Counted from the stretch's first letter, positions 10,770 through 22,054 are shown. The stretch is DNA of 64,000 bases from Dehalococcoidia bacterium (GCA_965226825.1 CBDDED010000003.1:2825642-2889641); one strand, 5' to 3'. Made by a program: numbers and translations. Notes: a model not told the origin generated them from the sequence alone.

Positions 10770-13700
10770 ATGCCTCACGACAAAATCCTGGACAACCGAA
10801 CTAACACCGTTCACGACGCTTTACGCTCCAAGCTGCGTGGCGCCGACGCTTTTAGTTTCGTGTCGGCGTACTTCACCATCTACGGCTACGAACTTCTGGA
10901 AGAAGAACTAAACGGCATTGATGAGGTGCGTTTCCTTTTCGGCGACCCCGCGTCGGTGGAGGACCTCGACCCGGGCGAAAAGGGACCGAAATCGTTTGAC
11001 CTCACGGAACAGGGGTTGGTTCCTACCCTTGCGCTGCAGCAAAAAAATTTGGCCCGGCGCTGCGCGAAATGGATCGCCAACGATTCGGTGTCCGTCCGCT
11101 CCATCAGCCGTTCCAATTTCCTCCACGGAAAAATGTACCTGACTCAAGCAGGCGGAGTGGTTGGCAGCTCCAACTTCACCAAGCGGGGGCTGGGCGGCAG
11201 CGACCAGTCAAACTTGGAAATCAACCTTGCCACCACCGACCCCGAAACCCTAGCCGAGTTAATGGACTGGTTCGACCGGGTATGGAACAACAAGCAACTC
11301 ACCGAGGACGTCAAGCAACAGGTCCTGGACGCCCTGAATCGCCTCGGCAAGAACTACGCGCCGGAAGAGGTGTACTACAAGACACTGTATGAGTTGTTTC
11401 GCAGAGATATCGAAGCGCGGCTGGCTGGAGACGAAATGCTCGCGGCCACCGGCTTCAGGGACAGCCAGGTCTGGCAGGAACTCTACGAATTTCAGAAAGA
11501 CGGGGCCAAAAGCGCCATAGCAAAACTTAGGGAGCACAACGGCTGCATCCTGGCCGACAGCGTAGGGCTGGGTAAGACCTACACCGCGTTGGCGGTCATC
11601 AAGTACTTCGAGCAGCGCAACGAGCGGGCGCTGGTGCTGTGCCCCCGCAAGCTCTACGAGAATTGGTCCCTTTACCAAACCAGCAACGGGCACATCCAGA
11701 ACCCCTTTCCAAAGGACCGGTTTGCCTACACCCTGTTGGCCCACACGGACCTGTCCCGCGACTCCGGTATGTCGGGCGGCGTTGACCTGGCGAGCTTCAA
11801 CCGGCGCAACTACAACCTCATCGTGATTGACGAGTCCCACAACTTCCGCAACAGTGACGGAACGCGCTACCAGCGGCTATTGGACGAGGTGATACGGCAG
11901 GGGACCACAACCAAGGTGCTGATGCTATCAGCAACGCCGGTGAACACTTCACTTATCGATCTGCGCAACCAGATTTACCTGATGACAGAGGGGCGCGAGG
12001 ATGCCTTCCGCGAAAGTTTGGACGTTGGCAACATAGGAAACCTGATGGCAGCGGAGCAAAGGAAATTCAGGCAGTGGGAGAACAGCCACGCAGGACAGGG
12101 CCGCCGGGACAAAACAAAGCTGCTGGAAATTCTCGGGGCCGACTTCCTCCGGTTGCTGGGCGGCGTCTCCATCGCCCGCTCCCGCCGCCAAATCGAGAAG
12201 TTCTACGCCGACGAAATCGAAAGGATCGGACGGTTCCCCAGAAGGGAACCCCCCGTCAATCATTACCCGCCAACGGACCTCCAGGGCCAACTCTCCTACA
12301 AGGACTTAGAAACTATCTCAAAACACCTACCTTATCCTCCTCTCCCTGGATGGGAGATCATTGAAGTGAGGGTGACAGATACAATTCGACCTCATCCTAA
12401 CCTTCTCGCGTGGCGGGAGAAGGGACTTTTGAGATAGTTTCTTAGCAGACCGTATCAGCAAATTCAAACTGGCGGTCTACCAGCCGAGCCACTACGCTTA
12501 TGCCGACGCCTTGCAACGGGCGCCGGCGAGGCCGCACCTTAACCCAAACTTCACCCAGTTGGATAGAGAGACTTACCTCGTTGCAATGATGCGCACCAAC
12601 TTTCTGAAACGGCTGGAAAGTTCCGCGCATTCCCTCACTCTTACGCTGGAACGCACCATCAGGAAGATTGACGCCCTGCTGGACAAGATAGAGCGGTTCC
12701 AGACCGGCGGGGCTAGCGCGGCCGTAGATTTGGGGGATTCGGACGTTATTCCCGAGGCCGACGACGAAGACGAGGAATTCTTCGTCAACCGCGGCCGCCA
12801 GCCCTTCCACCTACGGGAATTGGACCTACCCCGATGGCAAGCCGACCTGATGGAGGACAAGAGGACCTTGGACGGCGTCCGCCAGCGGGTCGCCGCCATC
12901 ACGCCGGAGCGCGACGGAAAACTCCGAGAAATAACGCAGGTAGTCCGGCAACGGGTGAAAAACCCGACGCAGGACCGGGAAGGCAATCCCAACCGGAAAC
13001 TGCTGCTGTTCACCACCTTTAAGGACACGGCTCAGTACGTATACGACCACCTGGCCGGACTGGCCGGTGAACTCGGCCTGAATATGGCCATGGTGTCCGG
13101 CGACGAGACCCGGACCACCGCGGGCGTCAACAAATTCAACGACATCCTCACCAACTTCGCCCCCGTTGCCCACAAACGCCCCGACGCGAACTCTGCAACG
13201 GACATCGACCTGCTCATTGCCACCGACTGCATTTCCGAGGGGCAGAACCTTCAAGACTGCGACACCGTGGTCAACTACGACATTCACTGGAACCCGGTGC
13301 GCCTCATCCAGCGCTTCGGGCGCATCGACCGCATCGGCAGCCGCAGCCAATCCGTGCGAATGTTCAACTACTGGCCCACCGAAGACATGGACGCCTACCT
13401 CAAGCTGGAAAGCCGCGTACAAGCGCGGATGGCCCTGGCCGACATCACAGCCACCGGCGACGGAAACCCCCTTGTCGAAGAAGCCGCAAAAGCCGCCCAA
13501 CTGGAGATTAACTTCCGGGACCAGCAACTCCTTAAACTCCGTGACGAAGTCCTGGAACTCGACGACCTGGACGACGGCCCAGTCATGGGCGACTTCACCT
13601 TGGACCACTTCATTACCCAACTGCTGCGCTACCTGGAAAAGAACAAGGACCAGTTGGAAGCCATGCCCCACGGCGTGTATGCCATCGTTGAGCCCGTCCT

Positions 13701-14139
13701 GGAAGCCATGCCGGGCGTCGTATTTTTCTTACGCCGGCGCAACGCTGCCACCGGCCCCCGCCGGCAGGCCGCCAGCCCAGTGCATCCCTTCTATTTCACT
13801 TATATCCAGAATGACGGCACGATTCGATTTGGCTGCGGGAACGCCCGCCAGACCCTGGCAGTGTTCGAGGCCGCCGCCGCTGGTAAGACGCAGGCGTTAA
13901 CCACTCTCTGCGACCAATTTGACCGGGAAACCGATCAGGGCCGGGACATGGCCTTCTACAACAAGCTGCTGACCGAGACCGTCGCCCACATCAGCCGGTC
14001 ACATAGCCGGGTACAGACCGCGGGCCTCGGCATCGGCGGCCGCCGGGACTTCAAACTGATTCCCGATTCGGAATCGCCAAGCGATATCAGTGACTTCGAG
14101 TTGCTAACCTGGCTGGTTATTGTCCCGCCGGAAAGCTGA
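10770..14139 (+). pseudogene. PLD-nuclease + SNF2-type helicase fusion, disrupted by a MITE at 12309..12441
   Basis: HKD-type FLHGKMY...GSSNFT; LADSVGLGKT, IDESHNFRN, LSATPVN in the first ORF; LIATDCISEGQNLQ, QRFGRIDRIGS in the second ORF. Removing the 136-bp insertion restores one frame (YKD-L-ADRISKFKLAVYQP). Confidence 0.88.
12309..12441. mobile_element. MITE family A (TIR GAAACTATCTCAAAA) with REP-like cargo
   Basis: Perfect 15-bp TIRs; TTA (or CTTAG) target duplication; interrupts the helicase ORF; same ends at 63015..63134. Confidence 0.9.
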
Positions 14140-14145
14140 CCTTCC

Positions 14146-14424
14146 GTGATCCAGTCATTCGGGGACAGAAATACTGAAGAACTTTTCCTGACTGAACAAA
14201 ACCGCCGCTTTGCCGTCATTTCCAGGTCCGCGCTACGGAAACTGATCCAGCTGAACCAGGCCCGATTCCTCGGCGACCTCTCCGCCAACCCCGGCGACCA
14301 TCTCGAAGCTCTGCGCGGCAATCTGTCGGGTTTCCACTCAATTCGCATCAACGACCTGTGGCGCCTTATCTTCCGGTGGACGAACACCGGGCCGGAGGAC
14401 TTCGCCATCGTTGACTACCATTGA
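14146..14424 (+). CDS. higB: HigB/RelE-family toxin
   Basis: MIQSFGD...[26 protein letters not shown]...IVDYH is a characteristic HigB pattern. Confidence 0.92.
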   Translation: MIQSFGDRNTEELFLTEQNRRFAVISRSALRKLIQLNQARFLGDLSANPGDHLEALRGNLSGFHSIRINDLWRLIFRWTNTGPEDFAIVDYH

Positions 14425-14455
14425 CAAACACCCTATAACGCCATACGTTATAGCA

Positions 14456-14758
14456 ATGCAAGAACCAATTACACCCGGCGAGATTCTCCTGGAAGAGTAC
14501 CTCAAGCCGATGGGCATTTCTCAAAATGCCATGTCACGCGCCGTTGGAGTAGCTCCCCGGGCAATCAATGAAATCGTTCATGGCAAACGCGCTATCACAC
14601 CCACAATGTCCATTCGCTTCGGGGCTTTCTTCGGCCAGTCTGACGAGTTCTGGCACGGCATCCAGGTCGAGTGCGACTTTCGGCGGCTAGCCCACGCCAA
14701 GCAGAAGCTCACCGCCGGCATCCGGCCAGCCTCATCCCTGTCCACGGAAGCTCCATGA
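14456..14758 (+). CDS. higA: HigA antitoxin (XRE HTH)
   Basis: [19 protein letters not shown]...[12 protein letters not shown]...FFGQSDEFW; follows the toxin. Confidence 0.92.
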   Translation: MQEPITPGEILLEEYLKPMGISQNAMSRAVGVAPRAINEIVHGKRAITPTMSIRFGAFFGQSDEFWHGIQVECDFRRLAHAKQKLTAGIRPASSLSTEAP

Positions 14759-17700
14759 CCACCACCACACTGCTGAACAGCATCCAGACCGCCCTGTCCG
14801 CGGCGGGTAAGGGCGATTTTAGTGAGGGAGCTCAAGCGCTGCTGGAAGCTATGGGCTACCGCAGCCAATTGACCGTTCCCGGCCAGACCGGCAATGTCGG
14901 CGACTTTATCGCCGGCTTGCCCGGCCAAAATCAGGGCACCAAGACCGAGCAGGAATTCCTGGAAGAAGCAACGTCGGCCCGGATACTCTTCCAAATCACC
15001 GACGAAGAAATTAGAGGTTCGACCCAAGGCCGCTTGTTCGAGGCCTCGGCCTTCAGCTATAGCAACGCCAGGAGTTTCATCTTCGCCGCCGTCGAACTCA
15101 AAGATGAAGCCTACGCCCGGGGCCGCTATGCCGCTTTCACTCGGGAAATAAACAAGCGGTTTTCGATACCTGGGGTTGTCCTGTTCCGGGCAGCCTCGGG
15201 GAAAATCACTCTGGCCTTCGTCCACCGGCGGGCCAACAAGAGGGACCCCAACCGCGACGTGCTGGGCAGCGTGTCCCTGGTACGGGAAATAGATCCCGTC
15301 GAATCCCACCGGGCCCACCTGGACATCCTATCGGACATCACCCTCGACAACCGCTTGGCCTGGATGAAGACCCGGGGCCGCCGGGAAGACTTCGACGGCC
15401 TCCTGGGCGCCTGGTTGGCCGCCCTGGACACTGAGGAACTAAACAGGCAGTTCTACCGTGACATGATCGGCTGGTTCAACAGGACCGTAGGAACGGCAAA
15501 ATTCCCCACCAACCAAAAAAGGACCCTTTCTTCCGAAGGACACGTCATCCAGCTCATTACACGCCAGTTATTCGTCTGGTTCATTAAAGAGAAAGGACTT
15601 GTGGACGGCGACCTGTTCATAGAGGAGCGGGTCTCTGCCCTGCTCAAGGACTATGACCCCGAAAACGGCGACTCCTACTACCGGGCCGTGCTGCAGAACC
15701 TCTTCTTCGCCACCCTGAACACCGAGATTAACCAGCGAGGGTTCAGTAGCGGGGGCGATACAACCCACCGCGACCCTTCCCGCTACCGATACAAGGCGGA
15801 AATGAGCGACCCAGACGCCTTGTTGGACCATTTCTCGCGAACTCCCTTTATCAACGGCGGCCTGTTCGACTGCCTCGACACCTTTGAAGCTACACGCAGG
15901 GGCGGCTACCGGATTGACTGCTTTACCGACAATATCAACGACCCCAAGCGCAGCGAATATCGCATCCTCTCCATCCCCAACAGGCTGTTCTTTAGTGAAA
16001 AAGCCGGCGAAGAGGGTCTGATAACCCTGTTCCACCACTACAAGTTCACCGTGGAGGAGAACACCCCCACCGACGTGGAGGTTGCGCTGGACCCTGAGCT
16101 GCTTGGCAAGGTATTCGAGAACCTGCTGGCCGCCAACACCGAAGAAACTAAGGAGTCCGCCCGCAAGCAGACCGGCTCCTACTACACTCCCCGCCCCGTG
16201 GTGGACTACATGGTGGACGAGGCTTTGGTAGAGACCATTTTAGACAAGGTCCACCACGGCGGTAATGACGCCGGTGGGTGGCGGGACCGGTTGCACTACC
16301 TTCTGGACTACAACGACGCCTTTAACGACACCAATGACGCGTTCACCTTGGGGGAACGCCAACTTCTCGTCAAGGCGATTTCCAGCCTACGGGTCCTGGA
16401 CCCCGCCGCCGGCTCCGGGGCCTTCCCCATGGGCATCCTGCACAAGCTCACCCTGGCACTGCGCCGTCTGGACCCGGAAAACAAAGAATGGGAGAAGCTT
16501 CAGATAGACCTGGCCACCCAGCGCGCAAGAACTGCTTTCGGTATGGCCAGCCAAGAGGAGCGAGAGCAATCTCTAGCGGCCATTAGGGCCACCTTTGAGC
16601 GCTACCGTGACAAGGACTTCGGGCGCAAGCTTTTCCTAATCCAAAATTGCATCTACGGGGTGGATATTCAGCCTGTAGCAACCCAGATCGCCAAACTCCG
16701 CTTCTTCATCTCCCTAGCCATCGAGCAGGAACCCGACCCCTCCGAGGACAACTTCGGCATCCGTCCCCTGCCCAACCTGGAAACTAAGTTCGTGGCCGCC
16801 AACACGCTCCTGGGGCTTGAGCGGCCGCCCCAATTGTCCTTGGGCCATTCCCAACAGATTGAAAGCCTATGGGTAGACATTAACGCCAACCGGGAGATGT
16901 ACTTTCACGCCAACAACCGCAACGAGAAGCGGGACCGCCAAGGTGATGACAAAAAGCTGCGGGGAGAACTGGCCGCGGTCTTACAGCAAAACGGTTTCAG
17001 CAGCGGCGACGCGGCGAAACTCGCCGAATGGGACCCTTTTGACCAGAACCGGTCGGCTGACTGGTTTAGCGCCGAGTACACTTTCGGCGTCACCAGCGGC
17101 TTCGACGTGGTGATTGGCAACTCGCCGTACCGGCAGGTAAATAAGGGTCAATTCCCCACCTCACGATTCCCTTATTCGGAGGGCAAGGACAAAGGAAAAC
17201 AGAACTTGTACAAGCTGTTTGTGGAACAATCATATAATCTCTCTAAAGACAGCGGCGTAGCCACCTTGATTGTGCAAAGCAGCCTAATGTGCGACCTTTC
17301 ATCGGCCGCAACCCGCCAACTGCTGCTGGAATGCACCCGATTGCAGCGAGTTATTGAATTTCCCGAAAGAGCACAAACGCGGGAAGCGCAGATTTTCACT
17401 ACCGTGACACAAGGCACGTGCATTTACCAGTTCAAGAAGGCCCCCCCCCCGATGAGAAACCCATAGAGATTTCTGTGGGCAACGATGCCCATACCATTGC
17501 CAATTTAAGCTTCGCCCCGATTACTAAGAATACGATTACGACCCTATATCCTGACCTACGCTATTTCCCGCACATTCGAGCGGGTAGCGTTTCGATTTTA
17601 GAGAAAATCGCCCGCAACAATAGCATCAAAAAGCTCCTTCATTACACTGCCAGCATTATCCAAGGTGACCTTAACCTCACCATAAATAAGTCTGAGTTTT

Positions 17701-18254
17701 CCACGAATCGTACTTCAGTATCCCTCTTGCGTGGACGAAACGTTGCCCGATTCGTGGTAACGTACGGCGACACCACCGAGTATTGCAAAACAGGGTTCCT
17801 GACGCATGCAGTTGAAGCGAATAAAAGCGAAACATTCCTGATTTCGCAGCAAGTAATGAACCAGCAAGCTCACCGCCGCTTGAACTTCGCAATGACCGCA
17901 GCGTCATCAAGGGGTTTTCTATGGGGAAATTCCGTCAACAAAATCCGATTGAAAAATCAGGCGCATAGCAAAGCTTTTTTGGCACTGCTCAACTCCAACT
18001 TCATGGACTGGTTTTTCCGCACAAGTTCCACCAACAATCACGTGCAAATATACGAGCTAGAGCAACTTCCGATCCCAGCGATGACTGCGATGCACCGAAA
18101 ACAGCTCGATGACCTAGCAACAGAAATTCTTGACGCTAAGAAAGCAGACCCGGCGGCGGACACCGCTGGAACCGAAAGCGAGATAGACCGGCTAGTGTAC
18201 GACCTCTTCGGGTTGACAGAGGAGGAGATAGAAGCGGTGGAAGGGTATACATGA
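14755..18254 (+). pseudogene. Eco57I/TaqI-like N6-adenine DNA methyltransferase with target-recognition domain, frameshifted at a C10 tract (17441..17450)
   Basis: TPFINGGLF, ELLGKVFENLL, RKQTGSYYTP, motif I VLDPAAGSGAF, IYGVDIQ, motif IV VVIGNSPY; second frame has a TaqI_C-like end (LLNS...EIDRLVYDLFGLTEEEI); ATGA overlap with the higA stop. Confidence 0.85.
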
Positions 18255-18301
18255 GTGGCACCGGCGTCTCCACACAATCCGTTGTTTTGAGGGGTTTCAG
18301 T

Positions 18302-19255
18302 ATGGGTTTCAAGCTGGTGATTTGCCCTCCCAACTATCAGGAGGACTGGCCGGACAGGCTCAGGGGGGCTGTGCCGGACATTGACGCCCAGCTTTGCCCC
18401 ACGGTGGGCGAGGCCATGGAGGTAATCGGCGACGCCGACGCCGCTTTTGGGGACATAGTCCCCGAGCTTTTGGCCCGGGCGCCCAAACTGCGGTGGATCG
18501 CCTGCCCACTGGCCGGGCCGCAACCCGGTTACTACCACCAAGCCTTGGTCGAAAGCGACGTGGTGGTTACCAACACCCGGGAGATCTACAACGACCACAT
18601 CAGCGCCCATATCATGGCCTTTGTCCTGGCTTTCGCCAGGGGGTTCCAGCTATACATCCCCCAGCAGATAGCCGGCGTGTGGCAGCAGCATGACGCCTCG
18701 GTGCACCTGCCCGACGCTACCGCGGTGATCGTGGGCGTAGGTGGAATCGGCGCAGAGGCGGCCCGCCTGTGCTCCGAGTTCGGCATGACGGTGTTGGCGG
18801 TCGACCCCAGGGTCGCCGCACCGCCTCCCGGCGTTGCCGAACTTCATCCCCCCGACGCCTTGGACGCAGTCCTTCCCAAGGGTGACTTCGTCATTGTCAC
18901 CGCGCCGCAGACTCCGGCCACCCAGGGAATGTTCCACGCCGGCAGGTTCCGGTTGATGAAGGACCAGGCCTTTTTCATTAACATCGGCCGGGGAGCAACG
19001 GTGGTCTTGGACGACCTGACAGCATCCCTTCAACAGGGCCAGATAGCAGGCGCCGGGCTGGACGTGTACCAGGTGGAACCACTGCCCGCCGATCACCCGC
19101 TTTGGCGCATGCCGAATGTGTTGCTAACGCCCCACGTCGCCGGAAACGGCCCTTACCTGGACCAGCGACGCACCGAATTGTTCATCGACAATTGCAAGCG
19201 GTTTAATGCCGGGGAGCCCCTGCGCAATGTGGTGGACAAGGCCCTATGGTTTTAG
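18302..19255 (+). CDS. D-2-hydroxyacid dehydrogenase
   Basis: GVGGIG, FINIGRG, AGLDVYQVEPLP, LLTPHVAG. Confidence 0.93.
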   Translation: MGFKLVICPPNYQEDWPDRLRGAVPDIDAQLCPTVGEAMEVIGDADAAFGDIVPELLARAPKLRWIACPLAGPQPGYYHQALVESDVVVTNTREIYNDHISAHIMAFVLAFARGFQLYIPQQIAGVWQQHDASVHLPDATAVIVGVGGIGAEAARLCSEFGMTVLAVDPRVAAPPPGVAELHPPDALDAVLPKGDFVIVTAPQTPATQGMFHAGRFRLMKDQAFFINIGRGATVVLDDLTASLQQGQIAGAGLDVYQVEPLPADHPLWRMPNVLLTPHVAGNGPYLDQRRTELFIDNCKRFNAGEPLRNVVDKALWF

Positions 19256-19331
19256 GGCCTTCTCACTTCCTCGGGAGTAACGAGGAACGAGGGTAGTAGC
19301 TCCGGGAATGCCCTCAGCGCTTACCCCGGCT

Positions 19332-20435
19332 TTATGAGGGGATGGGCTTTCTCGCTGGCGCTTCTACGGCGATGGTGTGGATGGAGTTGTTGGCGTACCC
19401 TCGGAAATTCCAGGCGATGGAACCGGGCTGAACGTTGCCCGCCGAGTCGGTGGCGCGGGACATCAGCAGGTAGTGGCCGGACGAGGGGACCTGCCAGACT
19501 AACTCCCATTCCCGCCAGGCATGCTGGGTGGGCTCGCCAAGCAACGTAGACTCTGCCCATGTCCGCCCACCGTCGGCGCTTACTTCAACCTTCGCAATCT
19601 GCCCTTCCCCGCTCCAGGCGAACCCCCGGATTGTGAAGGACGATTCTTGGATCACTTCGCCGTGCCGGGGGCTTGCGATCAGGGACTTGACTCGCACCAA
19701 CGTTACCGGCTCCCGCTCCAGCGAGTCCTCCCGGCCCTCGTTGATCATCACGTATCGCCGTTGCTGGAAAAATCCGTCGAAGACCTGGTCCGTAAGATGG
19801 ATGCGGGTCAGCCACTTTACCGACGCCATGCCATACCAGGACGGCACAATCAATCTCAGCGGAAACCCGTGGTGGGTTGTAATCGGTTCGCCGTTCATCT
19901 CATAGGCGAGCAGGGTGTCGTCGTCCAGTGCTTTGGCCAAGGGCAAGCTGCGACGGTAGCTCAGATCAAAGGCCACTCCGTCTTCCTCTTCCTCGCCCCG
20001 GTCGGCTCCCTCGAAAACCACCGAAGTAGCCGATCCCTGGATGCCCGCCATCTCCAGCACTGCTTTCAAAGAGACGCCCTTCCAACGGGCGGTGCTCACG
20101 GCGCCGTGTCGAAACGCCAGGCCTTCCGCCGGGGGGGTGACGTAGGAGCGGCTGTTTCCCGCACATTCCATGGTCAGCGCCAACTCCTTACCGGGGAGTC
20201 GGGCCAGGTCCTCAAAGGCCAGGGTCAACGGTTGATTGACCAGGCCGTCAACCTCCAGCCGCCAACTCGAAAGGTCCAAGGCTGGGACGTGAGAGAAATG
20301 GTTCCGTATGTAATACCGTTCGGTCGGGGTAATCCAGGAATCAAGCGAAGGCAGGGTCGCCTCTCTGCACAAAGGGTCGTCGGCAACCGGCAACAGAGTT
20401 GATGATTCCCAGTCGATGTTGGATTCCGAATTCAT
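19332..20435 (-). CDS. Sulfite oxidase family molybdoenzyme
   Basis: YIRNH, Moco Cys in MECAGNSR, LAYEMNGE, HGFPLRLIVP, SVKWL, C-terminal dimerisation domain. Confidence 0.92.
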   Translation of the reverse strand: MNSESNIDWESSTLLPVADDPLCREATLPSLDSWITPTERYYIRNHFSHVPALDLSSWRLEVDGLVNQPLTLAFEDLARLPGKELALTMECAGNSRSYVTPPAEGLAFRHGAVSTARWKGVSLKAVLEMAGIQGSATSVVFEGADRGEEEEDGVAFDLSYRRSLPLAKALDDDTLLAYEMNGEPITTHHGFPLRLIVPSWYGMASVKWLTRIHLTDQVFDGFFQQRRYVMINEGREDSLEREPVTLVRVKSLIASPRHGEVIQESSFTIRGFAWSGEGQIAKVEVSADGGRTWAESTLLGEPTQHAWREWELVWQVPSSGHYLLMSRATDSAGNVQPGSIAWNFRGYANNSIHTIAVEAPARKPIPS

Positions 20436-20578
20436 TCCTGCTCCTGCGGGCCCGCGGATTGCCGCCTATTCTACCAGAGACCGCATTCGCCGGGGCAAGG
20501 ACGCTTAGCCCCATGCACCAAAGAGAGCACGGAGGCCGCGGAGTTTTTTCGGTTTGGCCTGTTAGCCCTGAAACCTCT

Positions 20579-20851
20579 CAGGGTCTTTCGATTATCTTTG
20601 AATTCTCCGTCACTCTTGCCGCAACGGGAATCTGGAGCCCATTTGGATCCCTACTTCCCGTCATTCTCGTCGCAACGGGAATCCAGAGCCCTTTTCCCAA
20701 TCCAACCTGGTTCGTGTCTGCAGGAATGTTCCAGTTGGGACGTCAACCTGTCCACCCGGCGCGTCATATTTGGCATAACCGTCTTGGTACATAATCAGGG
20801 CTCTGGATTCCCGCTGCGGCGGGAATGACGGGGAACAATCGAAAGACCCTG
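20579..20851. mobile_element. MITE family B (TIR CAGGGTCTTTCGATT) enclosing a REP-pair cassette
   Basis: Perfect 15-bp TIR; flanking 10-bp direct repeats TGAAACCTCT/TGAAACCCCT; internal GTCATTCTCG..GGGAATCCAGAGCCC palindromes. Confidence 0.88.
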
Positions 20852-20894
20852 TGAAACCCCTGCGGTCTCTTTGCTACCTGTGCTAAGACGACGT

Positions 20895-21287
20895 TTACGG
20901 GCGTTCCACCAGCTCAATCAGAACGTCGTCGGGACCTTCGATGTAGGCCAGCTTGGTTCCTCCGGTCACCTCGGTGAGGGGCAGCACCACGCGGATGCCG
21001 TCCTTCTCAAACCGGTCGATTTCCGACTTGAGGTCCGTGACGTTGAAGCCGAAATGCTCCAACCCCAGGCGGTTGAGTTCGGCGACCGCCTTTTCCTTGG
21101 AAGAACCCTCGGGTTGAGAGGAAATGTTGAGGCGGACGGGCCCGCCCACTTCGGTGGTTATGGTTATCGTGCCCGGCATGACCTCTCGTTCGGCGACTAT
21201 CTTGGCGTTGAAATACTTTGCATACCACTCCGCCGTGGTCCGGGGGTCGGCCGACCTGATGTGCACGTGGTTGATCATATATTCCAT
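20895..21287 (-). CDS. VOC/glyoxalase family protein
   Basis: INHVHI, GLEHFGF, YIEGPDDVLIELVE. Confidence 0.9.
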   Translation of the reverse strand: MEYMINHVHIRSADPRTTAEWYAKYFNAKIVAEREVMPGTITITTEVGGPVRLNISSQPEGSSKEKAVAELNRLGLEHFGFNVTDLKSEIDRFEKDGIRVVLPLTEVTGGTKLAYIEGPDDVLIELVERP

Positions 21288-21385
21288 GAGATTCTCCTTG
21301 GATTGTTTGAATGCCGGGCCCGCCCAAGCCGTAGGCGGGCCCTGTTCCTCGGACTCTCTTTGAGGCCGTGCTAAAGCGCTAATTC

Positions 21386-22009
21386 TCAGGCGGCGGCCCC
21401 GTCGGCATCGGCGGTGGTCCTGGCCCTGCCTCTGGCGGATGGGGTCTTGTCCTGGTCCTTCAGGCGTTGCAAGAGCTGCCGGTTTTCCTCCTCCAGTTCT
21501 TCCAACCGTTCCTCGATGCCGATCACCCGCTCGAACAACCGGTCCATCTGGCTTCTCGAAGGCAGGTTGAAGGCCTTGAGGGCCGCGTCGGTCTGGGGGT
21601 TAACGGCCTGGTAAAACTTGTCCTGCAAGGTCAAGCCTTGCTCGATGGTCTTGCCCAGCATGCTGGAGTAAGCCTCGGTGCTCATGGCCTCGGAAAAGGA
21701 GTTGGCCAGGGTTTCCAGTTGCTCCATCCATTTCCGCTGCGCATCTTTGAACACATCGGGCGACGCCGCGCCGGACAGGTTCTTGATCCAAAACTCCGAA
21801 CAGGAATCGAAATACTGCTTCAAAACCTGCTGCCAAACCTGGTAGGGGTCCGACTGCTGGAATGGGTTGAAGGACTGAAACTGATTGAACATGTTGGCAG
21901 TGTCAAAATTCGGCCAAGAGCCGCCGTTTTTGGTCCACACCTCGGTCCAATTTTGGGTCATCTCTTTCCAGTATTCAAAGGGATTGGCAGCCGTGCTTTC
22001 CGTGGTCAT
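21386..22009 (-). CDS. PHA synthase second subunit (PhaE/PhaR-like)
   Basis: Trp-rich helical N-terminus; C-terminal NLPSRSQMDRLFERVIGIEERLEELE coiled coil; directly downstream of phaC. Confidence 0.7.
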   Translation of the reverse strand: MTTESTAANPFEYWKEMTQNWTEVWTKNGGSWPNFDTANMFNQFQSFNPFQQSDPYQVWQQVLKQYFDSCSEFWIKNLSGAASPDVFKDAQRKWMEQLETLANSFSEAMSTEAYSSMLGKTIEQGLTLQDKFYQAVNPQTDAALKAFNLPSRSQMDRLFERVIGIEERLEELEEENRQLLQRLKDQDKTPSARGRARTTADADGAAA

Positions 22010-22054
22010 TTCCCGACTCCTCTAAGTTTTGGTGAAAGTATATTGGTGAAAAAT

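Noticed and set aside
10770..18254. Calling the locus DISARM or BREX
   Set aside because: drmA/drmB (DUF1998) and pglZ/brxC are absent from the window
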